Positions 44,923 through 52,942 of a stretch of 52,942 nucleotides of DNA are shown one piece after another. A program made the translations under genes and the position numbers. Origin of the DNA: a virus (lineage: Duplodnaviria; Heunggongvirae; Uroviricota; Caudoviricetes); the IMG/VR virus record IMGVR_UViG_2563366966_000001; one strand, given 5' to 3'. A model generated the notes under the pieces. The model saw nothing but the letters and a program-made list of their open reading frames with translations. It was not told the origin of the DNA and did not search any database. Each line of letters begins with the position of its first letter. Position 1 is the stretch's first letter.

Positions 44923-45942
44923 TTATCCTCTGAAACCAGGCGGAATTTCTGTATCCGGTTCAGAAATATGATTAACACAACGCTGTACAGGTGAACGTCC
45001 CAGGCGGATGACCAGTTCGTCCCATTTTTCGCGGAGCTTTGACGGGCTCATGATGTTTTTTACCCAGAATGGATCTCGCTGAACCCGACCAAACATTTCG
45101 CAAATTTGTCTGTGGCTTCTGCCATCCAGCATCCGCATTGTGCGCACGTCATTGGCCCAGGCAGTCCAGTTAGGCTCTTTTGGTCGCATGATCTCGCCAT
45201 CATCACTGGCTGCCTGTTCGTAGAGACCCACGATCCGCCCCCAGATCCACTGCGCACACGCCAAATCCTCCCTGCTACCCCACTGGCGTTTTTTCGCACT
45301 AAACACAACCGCGTCGGAGTTCCGGGTTAAAAAATCCTGTTCAGTCGTCTGCGGGTCCGGTTGCGAAGCTTCCGGACGAAAAGTGTTTTTATTCTCTGTA
45401 GTAATCTCTGTTGTATTCTCTGTAAGATCATCAGGCCATTTTGACCCGATGACATTGGGTCGTTTTGAACCAATGGAGCGTTTCATTTTGACCTCTTCCA
45501 TCGTGTCATTTTGACCTGATGGAGCGGCGCATTTTGAACCGATGGATTCGCTCAATTTGCCACCATCTAAAAGCTCGCTCCCATAGTTGATCGTGTAGAA
45601 ATTGGTCATATCGCGCTTTGATTTATTGAGCTTTTCACAACGCAAAAGCCCCAGCGTTTTCAGACTTGCAAACGCGCGCTTTAACGTTGACTCTGACCAG
45701 AATGGGAACTGTTCCAGCCATTGTTCCGTTGTGTTATAAATCCAGCGAACACCATCACATTCCATGCCGGAGTTGGTATCTCTCAACCAGTAGTGCAGTT
45801 GTTGCAAAACAATGGCTTCGTTTAAGCCAATTTTCATTGCCAGCTGCGTGTTTATAACCAGTGGACGTTCAGCAAAAAGAAGGCTCATAATTCCATCCAG
45901 CTTTTTGTTGGTATTGCTGTCGATACGCAAGTTTGAAAGCAA
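44923..45942 (-). CDS. Putative phage replication protein (replisome-organizer-like); start uncertain
   Basis: 339-aa ORF in the position of lambdoid replication genes downstream of the cro-like gene; acidic, Ser/Thr-rich linker. Confidence 0.6.
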   Translation of the reverse strand: MLSNLRIDSNTNKKLDGIMSLLFAERPLVINTQLAMKIGLNEAIVLQQLHYWLRDTNSGMECDGVRWIYNTTEQWLEQFPFWSESTLKRAFASLKTLGLLRCEKLNKSKRDMTNFYTINYGSELLDGGKLSESIGSKCAAPSGQNDTMEEVKMKRSIGSKRPNVIGSKWPDDLTENTTEITTENKNTFRPEASQPDPQTTEQDFLTRNSDAVVFSAKKRQWGSREDLACAQWIWGRIVGLYEQAASDDGEIMRPKEPNWTAWANDVRTMRMLDGRSHRQICEMFGRVQRDPFWVKNIMSPSKLREKWDELVIRLGRSPVQRCVNHISEPDTEIPPGFRG

Positions 45943-46390
45943 TTGCTTTTTCTATAAGTTCGTCAGTTTCACGATCCACTACGGCAGGATCAGCAAAAAG
46001 CAGTCCGGACTCCACCACATCGCCATATTCTTTGTTTAACCCGGCGATCATGCACGTGATGCTTTTTCCGTCAGTAATTTCACGATACAACCTGAAATCA
46101 TTAATCCGGATAGCCTCCATAATTGCAGGCACTAGCGCCGTGAACTTTTCACGCTTATCCCTGGTGTCGATAGCCTTCCAGCGTTCAAATATCTTCACTC
46201 GATTAACGCCAAGCGCTCGCTGATCAATCGCGCCACCTTCATATGTGACACGCTGAACATCGATGTTCGGGCGCTCTTTCAAAGCCCAGAATGCTTCAGT
46301 GATTAATATCGTCGCCTGCTCCTGTGTCATTCCTGGTCGACATATCCAGGCATCCAGAGCCTCACGAGCCTGTTCAGGAGTGATTTTCAT
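45869..46390 (-). CDS. YdaT-like/CII-position protein (173 aa), function unknown
   Basis: First gene after dicC in the rightward-equivalent operon; family assignment from memory only. Confidence 0.5.
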   Translation of the reverse strand: MKITPEQAREALDAWICRPGMTQEQATILITEAFWALKERPNIDVQRVTYEGGAIDQRALGVNRVKIFERWKAIDTRDKREKFTALVPAIMEAIRINDFRLYREITDGKSITCMIAGLNKEYGDVVESGLLFADPAVVDRETDELIEKAIAFKLAYRQQYQQKAGWNYEPSFC

Positions 46391-46604
46391 TGTTCAACCG
46401 CCCCGCCCGCTTCGTCTTACGATATTCATCATAAACTTTGGGATCATACTGAAGCTCCCCGCCAGATGCCTCCTGTAGACGCATCGCGCGACCTTCGGGA
46501 ACTAAATCCCCTTTCCAGCTATAAAGCGAAGCCAAACGAATACCTGCTGCTTGTGCAAGTTTTGTTTTTGAACCGAAATACAAAAGAGCGTCAGTTTTAA
46601 GCAT
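46374..46604 (-). CDS. dicC: Cro-like regulator DicC
   Basis: 76-aa ORF matching DicC; divergent from dicA. Confidence 0.85.
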   Translation of the reverse strand: MLKTDALLYFGSKTKLAQAAGIRLASLYSWKGDLVPEGRAMRLQEASGGELQYDPKVYDEYRKTKRAGRLNNENHS

Positions 46605-46619
46605 TTAAAACACCTTTAT

Positions 46620-46685
46620 TGTTAGTCATAACTAACAAGATAGATGTTAACAAAAACATAGTCAATACGATTTAGCATTAGCTAA
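46620..46685. promoter_or_regulatory. dicA-dicC divergent control region with two operator-like dyads (TTAGTCATAACTAA at 46622..46635; TTAGCATTAGCTAA at 46672..46685)
   Basis: Two 14-bp sites of form TTAG(Y)-N4-(R)CTAA in the 83-bp divergent intergenic region. Confidence 0.6.
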
Positions 46686-46687
46686 CT

Positions 46688-47095
46688 ATGGAAACAAAAA
46701 ATTTAACTATCGGCGAACGCATCAGGTATCGTCGGAAAAACCTCAAACACACCCAAAGGTCTCTTGCTAAAGCCCTGAAAATCTCCCATGTGTCTGTATC
46801 ACAATGGGAACGGGGTGATAGTGAACCTACAGGGAAGAACCTTTTTGCCCTCAGCAAAGTATTGCAATGCTCACCAACATGGATTCTATTTGGCGATGAA
46901 GACAAGCAACCAACACCACCTGTTGAGAAGCCAGTTGCCTTATCCCCCAAAGAACTAGAGCTCCTTGAGCTGTTTAATGCACTGCCAGAATCAGAACAGG
47001 ATACCCAGCTCGCCGAAATGCGAGCTCGAGTAAAAAACTTCAATAAACTCTTTGAAGAATTACTAAAAGCCCGTCAGCGGACAAATAAAAGATAA
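46688..47095 (+). CDS. dicA: Repressor DicA (XRE-family HTH)
   Basis: 135-aa ORF matching DicA. Confidence 0.9.
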   Translation: METKNLTIGERIRYRRKNLKHTQRSLAKALKISHVSVSQWERGDSEPTGKNLFALSKVLQCSPTWILFGDEDKQPTPPVEKPVALSPKELELLELFNALPESEQDTQLAEMRARVKNFNKLFEELLKARQRTNKR

Positions 47096-47132
47096 CATCA
47101 TCAATGAGTTATCTTTTACCACATCAATTATG

Positions 47133-47184
47133 TTAGCTATAGCATACAAAATCACTTGACCGATATGTTAGTCATGGCTAATCT
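47133..47184 (+). promoter_or_regulatory. Candidate dicB-operon promoter with two more operator-like dyads (47133..47146, 47168..47181)
   Basis: TTGACC (47156..47161)-17 bp-TAATCT (47179..47184); the dyad TTAGTCATGGCTAA overlaps the spacer and -10. Confidence 0.5.
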
Positions 47185-47261
47185 TGTTTGCATCAACACA
47201 CCGCACGGTGTTCTCAGCAAACAGTTCCGCTACCCCAGCGTTAAGGGGAAATGAGGTCAGC

Positions 47262-47417
47262 ATGGATACTATCGATCTTGGCAACAACGAATCTCTGGTG
47301 TACGGCGTGTTTCCAAACCAGGACGGCACGTTCACCGCAATGACGTATACCAAAAGCAAAACGTTTAAAACCGAAAATGGTGCCCGTCGCTGGCTGGAAA
47401 GAAACTCAGGTGAGTGA
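47262..47417 (+). CDS. ydfA: YdfA
   Basis: 51-aa product MDTIDLGNNESLVYGVFPNQDGTFTAMTYTKSKTFKTENGARRWLERNSGE from internal ATG of track ORF. Confidence 0.75.
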   Translation: MDTIDLGNNESLVYGVFPNQDGTFTAMTYTKSKTFKTENGARRWLERNSGE

Positions 47418-47418
47418 T

Positions 47419-47547
47419 ATGGATTTCGACACAATCATGGAAAAGGCTTACGAAGAATACTTCGAAGGCCTTGCCGAAGGCGAAGAAGCTCTCAGCTTCA
47501 GTGAGTTTAAACAGGCGCTTTCCAGTTCGGCAAAATCTAACGGCTGA
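47419..47547 (+). CDS. ydfB: YdfB
   Basis: 42-aa ORF not in track; MDFDTIMEKAYEEYFEGLAEGEEALSFSEFKQALSSSAKSNG; starts 2 nt after ydfA stop. Confidence 0.7.
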   Translation: MDFDTIMEKAYEEYFEGLAEGEEALSFSEFKQALSSSAKSNG

Positions 47548-47576
47548 TAAGCGAAACAGCACCGCGAGGAATCAGT

Positions 47577-47795
47577 ATGCAGAAACGAGAACCCGTCATC
47601 ATCGCGCCAGACTATACCGATGATGAACTTTATGAGTGGATGCGCCAGAAAATTAATGCAGCGCAGGATCTGAAATGGGCTAATGAAGCCAGGGCTAAGC
47701 AGGCTGAAAATCTGTCCGCTCTGGAGCAGGATATCACCAATCTGGAAAAAGCAGCGGCATTAAGCATTGCCAGAATGATTACATACCCGCGTTAG
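47577..47795 (+). CDS. ydfC: YdfC
   Basis: 72-aa ORF. Confidence 0.75.
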   Translation: MQKREPVIIAPDYTDDELYEWMRQKINAAQDLKWANEARAKQAENLSALEQDITNLEKAAALSIARMITYPR

Positions 47796-48135
47796 TAGCT
47801 AATCAACAAAGCTAAGGTTAGTAATTAAGGAGTTCTCCACGGGTGAGGTGGAGTGCGTGCGCCGGACACGGGTGCGCATCCGGAACTGACAGTTTACTGA
47901 AAGGATATTTCCCTGAAAAGTCAGACCATAACGCGAAAGCGCACGGCGAGGTAGCTGGTTCATAGATAGCCTGTCGTTAAATTTTCGTCGACCGTGCGCT
48001 TCCGGTTGTGGCAACCCGCGAAATGGCGCGGCGGTAAGTATGGCGGGGTTATTCCTTCCCCGTTGAGGACACCGGGTTGTCAGGTTGACCATACGCTTAA
48101 GTGACAACCCCGCTGCAACGCCCTCTGTTATCAAT

Positions 48136-48193
48136 TTTCTGGTGACGTTTGGCGGTATCAGTTTTACTCCGTGACTGCTCTGCCGCCCTTTTT
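48136..48193 (+). ncRNA. dicF: DicF small regulatory RNA (ftsZ-targeting)
   Basis: Sequence TTTCTGGTGACGTTTGGCGGTATCAGTTTTACTCCGTGACTGCTCTGCCGCCCTTTTT matches DicF as recalled, ending in a terminator hairpin and T-tract. Confidence 0.85.
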
Positions 48194-48362
48194 AAAGTGA
48201 ATTTTGTGATGTGGTGAATGCGGCTGAGCGCACGCGGAACAGTTAAAACCAAAAACAGTGTTATGGGTGGATTCTCTGTATCCGGCGTTAATTGTTAACT
48301 AGTTAACGTCACCTGGAGGCACCAGGCACTGCATCACAAAATTCATTGTTGAGGACGCGATA

Positions 48363-48551
48363 ATGAAAACGTTATTACCAAACGTTAATACGTCTGAAGG
48401 TTGTTTTGAAATTGGTGTCACTATCAGTAACCCAGTATTTACTGAAGATGCCATTAACAAGAGAAAACAAGAACGGGAGCTATTAAATAAAATATGCATT
48501 GTTTCAATGCTGGCTCGTTTACGTCTGATGCCAAAAGGATGTGCACAATGA
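48363..48551 (+). CDS. dicB: Cell division inhibitor DicB
   Basis: 62-aa ORF MKTLLPNVNTSEGCFEIGVTISNPVFTEDAINKRKQERELLNKICIVSMLARLRLMPKGCAQ. Confidence 0.95.
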   Translation: MKTLLPNVNTSEGCFEIGVTISNPVFTEDAINKRKQERELLNKICIVSMLARLRLMPKGCAQ

Positions 48552-48739
48552 ATTCAGCATTTGTGCTTGTTCTGACAGTTTTTCTTGTTTCCGGAGAGCC
48601 AGTTGATATTGCAGTCAGTGTTCACAGGACAATGCAGGAGTGTATGACTGCAGCAACCGAACAGAAAATTCCCGGTAACTGTTACCCGGTCGATAAAGTT
48701 ATTCACCAGGATAATATCGAAATCCCGGCAGGTCTTTAA
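48548..48739 (+). CDS. ydfD: Small membrane lysis protein YdfD
   Basis: 63-aa product from ATG overlapping the dicB stop (ATGA); N-terminal TM segment. Confidence 0.85.
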   Translation: MNSAFVLVLTVFLVSGEPVDIAVSVHRTMQECMTAATEQKIPGNCYPVDKVIHQDNIEIPAGL

Positions 48740-48831
48740 AACAGTTCCGTAATAAATATCCGGTTTCATTCTTATATGCCAGCAATGGCAGGGATTTGTT
48801 CATCCTTAAATCTGTCATGAGGTTAAAACAA

Positions 48832-51303
48832 ATGAGTAAAGTCTTTATTTGCGCCGCTATTCCTGACGAACTGGCAACAAGGGAAGAAGGCGCTGTGGCT
48901 GTAGCCACAGCCATTGAAGCTGGCGACGAACGCCGTGCTCGAGCAAAATTTCACTGGCAATTCCTGGAACATTATCCGGCTGCTCAGGACTGCGCTTATA
49001 AATTTATTGTCTGCGAGGATAAACCTGGCATACCCCGCCCTGCCCTCGATTCATGGGATGCTGAATATATGCAGGAAAACCGCTGGGATGAGGAGTCTGC
49101 TTCTTTTGTCCCGGTTGAGACTGAATCCGATCCGATGAACGTCACTTTTGACAAGCTGGCCCCTGAAGTACAGAACGCTGTCATGGTTAAGTTCGACACA
49201 TGTGAAAACATCACCGTTGATATGGTTATTAGCGCACAGGAATTGTTGCAGGAAGACATGGCAACATTCGACGGACATATCGTTGAAGCGTTGATGAAAA
49301 TGCCAGAAGTTAACGCCATGTATCCGGAGCTTAAGTTGCACGCCATTGGGTGGGTTAAGCATAAATGTATTCCTGGTGCTAAATGGCCCGAAATTCAGGC
49401 AGAGATGCGCATCTGGAAAAAACGTCGCGAAGGTGAACGCAAGGAAACCGGAAAATACACGTCTGTTGTTGATCTCGCCCGCGCCAGAGCCAATCAACAG
49501 TACACTGAAAATTCAACAGGAAAAATCAGCCCGGTCATTGCTGCCATTCATCGCGAATACAAGCAGACATGGAAAACACTGGATGACGAACTGGCCTACG
49601 CTCTCTGGCCTAGTGATGTGGATGCCGGAAACATTGACGGCAGCATCCATCGCTGGGCAAAAAAAGAAGTTATCGACAACGACCGCGAAGACTGGAAGCG
49701 TATCTCGGCATCAATGCGCAAACAGCCTGATGCCCTTCGCTACGACCGCCAAACTATTTTTGGCCTTGTCCGTGAGCGTCCGATCGACATTCACAAAGAT
49801 CCCGTAGCACTGAACAAATATATCTGCGAATACCTGACGACAAAGGGCGTGTTTGAGAATGAAGAAACAGACCTGGGCACTGTTGATGTTCTCCAGTCAT
49901 CAGAAACACAAACTGATGCAGTGGAAACTGAGGTATCTGATATCCCAAAAAATGAAACCGCGCCGGAAGCTGAACCATCTGTAGAGCGTGAGGGGCCGTT
50001 CTATTTCCTCTTCGCAGATAAGGACGGAGAAAAATACGGTCGCGCAAACAAACTCTCTGGTCTGGATAAGGCACTGGCTGCTGGCGCCACTGAAATCACA
50101 AAAGAAGAATATTTTGCCCGAAAAAATGGCACATACACGGGCTTACCGCAAAATGTAGATACCGCTGAAGATTCAGAACAACCAGAGCCGATAAAAGTTA
50201 CCGCTGACGAAGTAAACAAAATTATGCAGGCAGCCAATATCAGCCAGCCTGACGCCGATAAGTTGCTTGCTGCATCACGTGGTGAATTTGTTGAAGGGAT
50301 TAGTGACCCGAATGATCCGAAATGGGTTAAGGGGCTCCAGACCCGCGATTCTGTGAACCAGAACCAGCATGAATCGGAACGGAACTACCAAAAAGCGGAA
50401 CAAAACAGTCCAAATGCGTTACAAAACGAGCCAGAAACGAAACAGCCTGAACCAGTAGCGCAACAGGAAGTGGAAAAAGTCTGCACCGCCTGCGGTCAGA
50501 CCGGCGGCGGCAACTGCCCTGATTGTGGCGCGGTGATGGGCGACGCAACATACCAAGAAACATTCGATGAAGAGTATCAGGTTGAAGTTCAGGAAGATGA
50601 TCCGGAGGAAATGGAAGGCGCTGAACATCCACACAAGGAGAACACTGGCGGCAATCAGCATCACAATAGCGATAATGAAACTGGCGAGACGGCAGATCAC
50701 CCAATTAAGGTGAACGGTCATCACGAAATCACATCCACCAGCAGGACGTGTGACCATCTAATGATCGACCTTGAAACCATGGGAAAAAATCCTGATGCCC
50801 CGATCATCTCAATAGGTGCAATATTTTTCGATCCGCAAACCGGAGATATGGGACCGGAATTTAGTAAGACTATCGATCTGGAAACTGCTGGCGGAGTCAT
50901 TGATCGGGACACCATTAAATGGTGGCTTAAGCAATCACGCGAAGCGCAATCTGCCATTATGACCGATGAAATCCCGTTAGATGATGCACTGTTACAATTG
51001 CGAGAATTTATCGACGAAAACTCCGGTGAATTTTTTGTTCAGGTTTGGGGAAATGGAGCCAACTTCGACAACACGATTTTGCGCCGTTCATACGAACGGC
51101 AGGGGATCCCCTGCCCGTGGCGTTACTACAACGATCGCGATGTACGCACAATCGTTGAGCTGGGGAAAGCCATAGACTTCGATGCCAGAACGGCTATTCC
51201 ATTCGAAGGTGAGCGCCATAATGCACTTGATGACGCCCGTTACCAGGCAAAATACGTTTCAGTTATCTGGCAAAAACTGATCCCGAGTCAGGCTGATTCT
51301 TAA
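48832..51303 (+). CDS. ydfE: YdfE-like large protein with C-terminal DEDDh 3-prime to 5-prime exonuclease domain (intact)
   Basis: Track ORF 48796..51303 starts with TTG; ATG at 48832 has GAGG 9 nt upstream; C-terminus has Exo I (IDLETMG), Exo II (WGNGANFD) and Exo III (HNALDDARY) motifs; central CTACG...CPDCG zinc ribbon. Confidence 0.8.
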   Translation: MSKVFICAAIPDELATREEGAVAVATAIEAGDERRARAKFHWQFLEHYPAAQDCAYKFIVCEDKPGIPRPALDSWDAEYMQENRWDEESASFVPVETESDPMNVTFDKLAPEVQNAVMVKFDTCENITVDMVISAQELLQEDMATFDGHIVEALMKMPEVNAMYPELKLHAIGWVKHKCIPGAKWPEIQAEMRIWKKRREGERKETGKYTSVVDLARARANQQYTENSTGKISPVIAAIHREYKQTWKTLDDELAYALWPSDVDAGNIDGSIHRWAKKEVIDNDREDWKRISASMRKQPDALRYDRQTIFGLVRERPIDIHKDPVALNKYICEYLTTKGVFENEETDLGTVDVLQSSETQTDAVETEVSDIPKNETAPEAEPSVEREGPFYFLFADKDGEKYGRANKLSGLDKALAAGATEITKEEYFARKNGTYTGLPQNVDTAEDSEQPEPIKVTADEVNKIMQAANISQPDADKLLAASRGEFVEGISDPNDPKWVKGLQTRDSVNQNQHESERNYQKAEQNSPNALQNEPETKQPEPVAQQEVEKVCTACGQTGGGNCPDCGAVMGDATYQETFDEEYQVEVQEDDPEEMEGAEHPHKENTGGNQHHNSDNETGETADHPIKVNGHHEITSTSRTCDHLMIDLETMGKNPDAPIISIGAIFFDPQTGDMGPEFSKTIDLETAGGVIDRDTIKWWLKQSREAQSAIMTDEIPLDDALLQLREFIDENSGEFFVQVWGNGANFDNTILRRSYERQGIPCPWRYYNDRDVRTIVELGKAIDFDARTAIPFEGERHNALDDARYQAKYVSVIWQKLIPSQADS

Positions 51304-51375
51304 TGTTCAACTGTCGCCGGTTGTGACTGGTATTCTGCAACCGGCGCTCGTCTGATGTAAGAGATAAAGAAATCG

Positions 51376-51627
51376 ATGAGCGAAGTAATCATGATTGTCT
51401 CTCCCGGCAAATGGGTATCCGAAGAGCAGTTAATTGCGCTGAAAGGAATAAAAAAAGGTACGTTAAAAAAGGCCCGGGAAAAATCGTTTATGGAAGGAAG
51501 GGAATATAAGCATGTCGCTCATGACGGTATGCCATGGGATAACAGTCCATGCTTTTACAACCTGGAAGAAATTGATCGCTGGATTGAGCGCCAGGCATCA
51601 GCGAGACCAAGACGTCATCTTACTTGA
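51376..51627 (+). CDS. xis: Excisionase-like protein
   Basis: 83-aa ORF immediately upstream of int. Confidence 0.6.
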   Translation: MSEVIMIVSPGKWVSEEQLIALKGIKKGTLKKAREKSFMEGREYKHVAHDGMPWDNSPCFYNLEEIDRWIERQASARPRRHLT

Positions 51628-51661
51628 CTAAAAGCCACACTAACTAATGAGAGAAGTTGAA

Positions 51662-52942
51662 ATGAAATATCCGACAGGCGTGGAAAACCATGGAGGGAAA
51701 TTACGTATCTGGTTTGTTTATAAAGACGTAAGAGTCAGGGAAAATCTGGGGGTTCCTGACACAGCAAAAAACAGGCGCGTTGCAGGTGAACTACGCTCCT
51801 CTGTTTGTTACGCAATAAAAACTGGTGTTTTCGACTATGCAAAACAGTTTCCCTCCTCACGCAATCTGGAAAAATTTGGTGAGGCCCGACAAGATTTAAC
51901 CATAAAAGAACTGGCTGAAAAATTTCTGGCACTGAAAGAAACTGAAGTCGCCAAAACATCACTCAACACATACCGTGCCGTCATCAAAAATATCCTGAGC
52001 ATAATCGGTGAAAAAAATCTTGCCTCATCGATTAATAAAGAAAAATTACTGGAGGTTCGTAAAGAGTTACTGACTGGATACCAGATCCCCAAAAGTAACT
52101 ATATTGTTACACAACCAGGGAGATCGGCTGTAACTGTAAATAATTACATGACAAATCTTAACGCCGTGTTCCAGTTTGGTGTTGATAACGGTTACCTGGC
52201 AGATAATCCGTTTAAGGGGATCTCGCCATTAAAGGAATCAAGAACCATTCCGGATCCTCTTTCGCGGGAAGAATTTATCCGTCTTATCGATGCGTGCAGA
52301 AATCAGCAAGCAAAAAATTTATGGTGTGTTTCTGTTTATACTGGAGTTCGCCCTGGTGAGCTGTGTGCACTTGGATGGGAGGACATAGATCTGAAAAATG
52401 GAACAATGATGATCAGGAGAAATTTAGCAAAAGACCGTTTCACGGTACCAAAAACACAGGCGGGAACCAATCGGGTCATTCATCTTATTAAGCCAGCAAT
52501 CGACGCTCTCCGGAGTCAGATGACATTAACGAGACTGAGCAAAGAGCATATCATTGATGTTCACCTCAGAGAGTATGGCAGAACAGAAAAACAAAAATGC
52601 ACCTTTGTTTTTCAACCTGAAGTGTCAGCGAGAGTAAAAAATTATGGTGACCATTTTACCGTTGACTCAATAAGGCAGATGTGGGACGCAGCGATAAAAC
52701 GTGCCGGACTCCGCCATCGAAAATCATATCAGTCGAGACATACTTATGCCTGCTGGTCGCTGACAGCTGGTGCTAACCCGGCATTTATAGCAAACCAGAT
52801 GGGCCATGCAGATGCGCAAATGGTATTTCAGGTATACGGAAAATGGATGTCTGAAAACAATAATGCACAGGTAGCTTTGTTAAATACACAGTTAAGCGAG
52901 TTTGCCCCAACCATGCCCCATAACGAAGCAATGAAAAATTAA
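51662..52942 (+). CDS. int: Tyrosine recombinase (phage integrase)
   Basis: ATG at 51662 with GAGAAG RBS; C-terminal catalytic residues R...HxxR...Y (SRHTYACW...HADAQMVFQVYGKW); stop codon is the last 3 bases of the window. Confidence 0.9.
   Translation: MKYPTGVENHGGKLRIWFVYKDVRVRENLGVPDTAKNRRVAGELRSSVCYAIKTGVFDYAKQFPSSRNLEKFGEARQDLTIKELAEKFLALKETEVAKTSLNTYRAVIKNILSIIGEKNLASSINKEKLLEVRKELLTGYQIPKSNYIVTQPGRSAVTVNNYMTNLNAVFQFGVDNGYLADNPFKGISPLKESRTIPDPLSREEFIRLIDACRNQQAKNLWCVSVYTGVRPGELCALGWEDIDLKNGTMMIRRNLAKDRFTVPKTQAGTNRVIHLIKPAIDALRSQMTLTRLSKEHIIDVHLREYGRTEKQKCTFVFQPEVSARVKNYGDHFTVDSIRQMWDAAIKRAGLRHRKSYQSRHTYACWSLTAGANPAFIANQMGHADAQMVFQVYGKWMSENNNAQVALLNTQLSEFAPTMPHNEAMKN

Overview
The window is almost entirely one lambdoid prophage, starting at about position 1285 next to a host MFS transporter gene (ydfJ, 1..1284, whose N-terminus appears replaced at the junction) and running past the right edge, where a tyrosine integrase ends exactly at 52942. 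It is a mosaic: the morphogenesis module from Nu1 to tfa (3309..26505, minus strand) is near-identical in protein sequence and gene order to phage lambda as I recall it (Nu1, A, W, B, C with nested Nu3, D, E, FI, FII, Z, U, V, G/G-T frameshift, H, M, L, K, I, J, lom, stf, tfa), with a recognisable cos site at 26506..26700. The rest is the backbone known from the E. coli K-12 Qin prophage: ydfK and pin at the left end; ynfO, ydfO, gnsB, ynfN, cspI next to cos; an Rz/Rz1 spanin, SAR-endolysin and pinholin lysis cassette; ynfU, cspB, cspF; antiterminator Q; ydfU, rem, hokD, relE, relB, ydfV, flxA; then the dicC/dicA immunity switch with ydfA, ydfB, ydfC, DicF sRNA, dicB, ydfD, an intact ydfE-like exonuclease, xis and int. 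Unlike the K-12 remnant, this copy keeps a full structural module and a replication module. Between flxA and the replication genes (about 36.9..44.1 kb) three unrelated IS elements sit within 7 kb: an IS481-like transposase, an IS2-like IS3-family element and an IS66-family element with a perfect 8-bp target duplication, surrounded by decayed small ORFs and a probably truncated methyltransferase-like gene. I did not find a clear-cut, self-evidently new multi-gene system. The best candidates for undescribed function are a promoter-equipped 83-aa ORF between rem and hokD, the 140-aa plus methyltransferase-like pair beside the IS66 element, two small hydrophobic ORFs, and the RHH/DUF1398 pair by cos with a Fur-box-like palindrome. 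All coordinates come from reading the sequence and the ORF track; all homology statements are from memory of protein families, not from any search.
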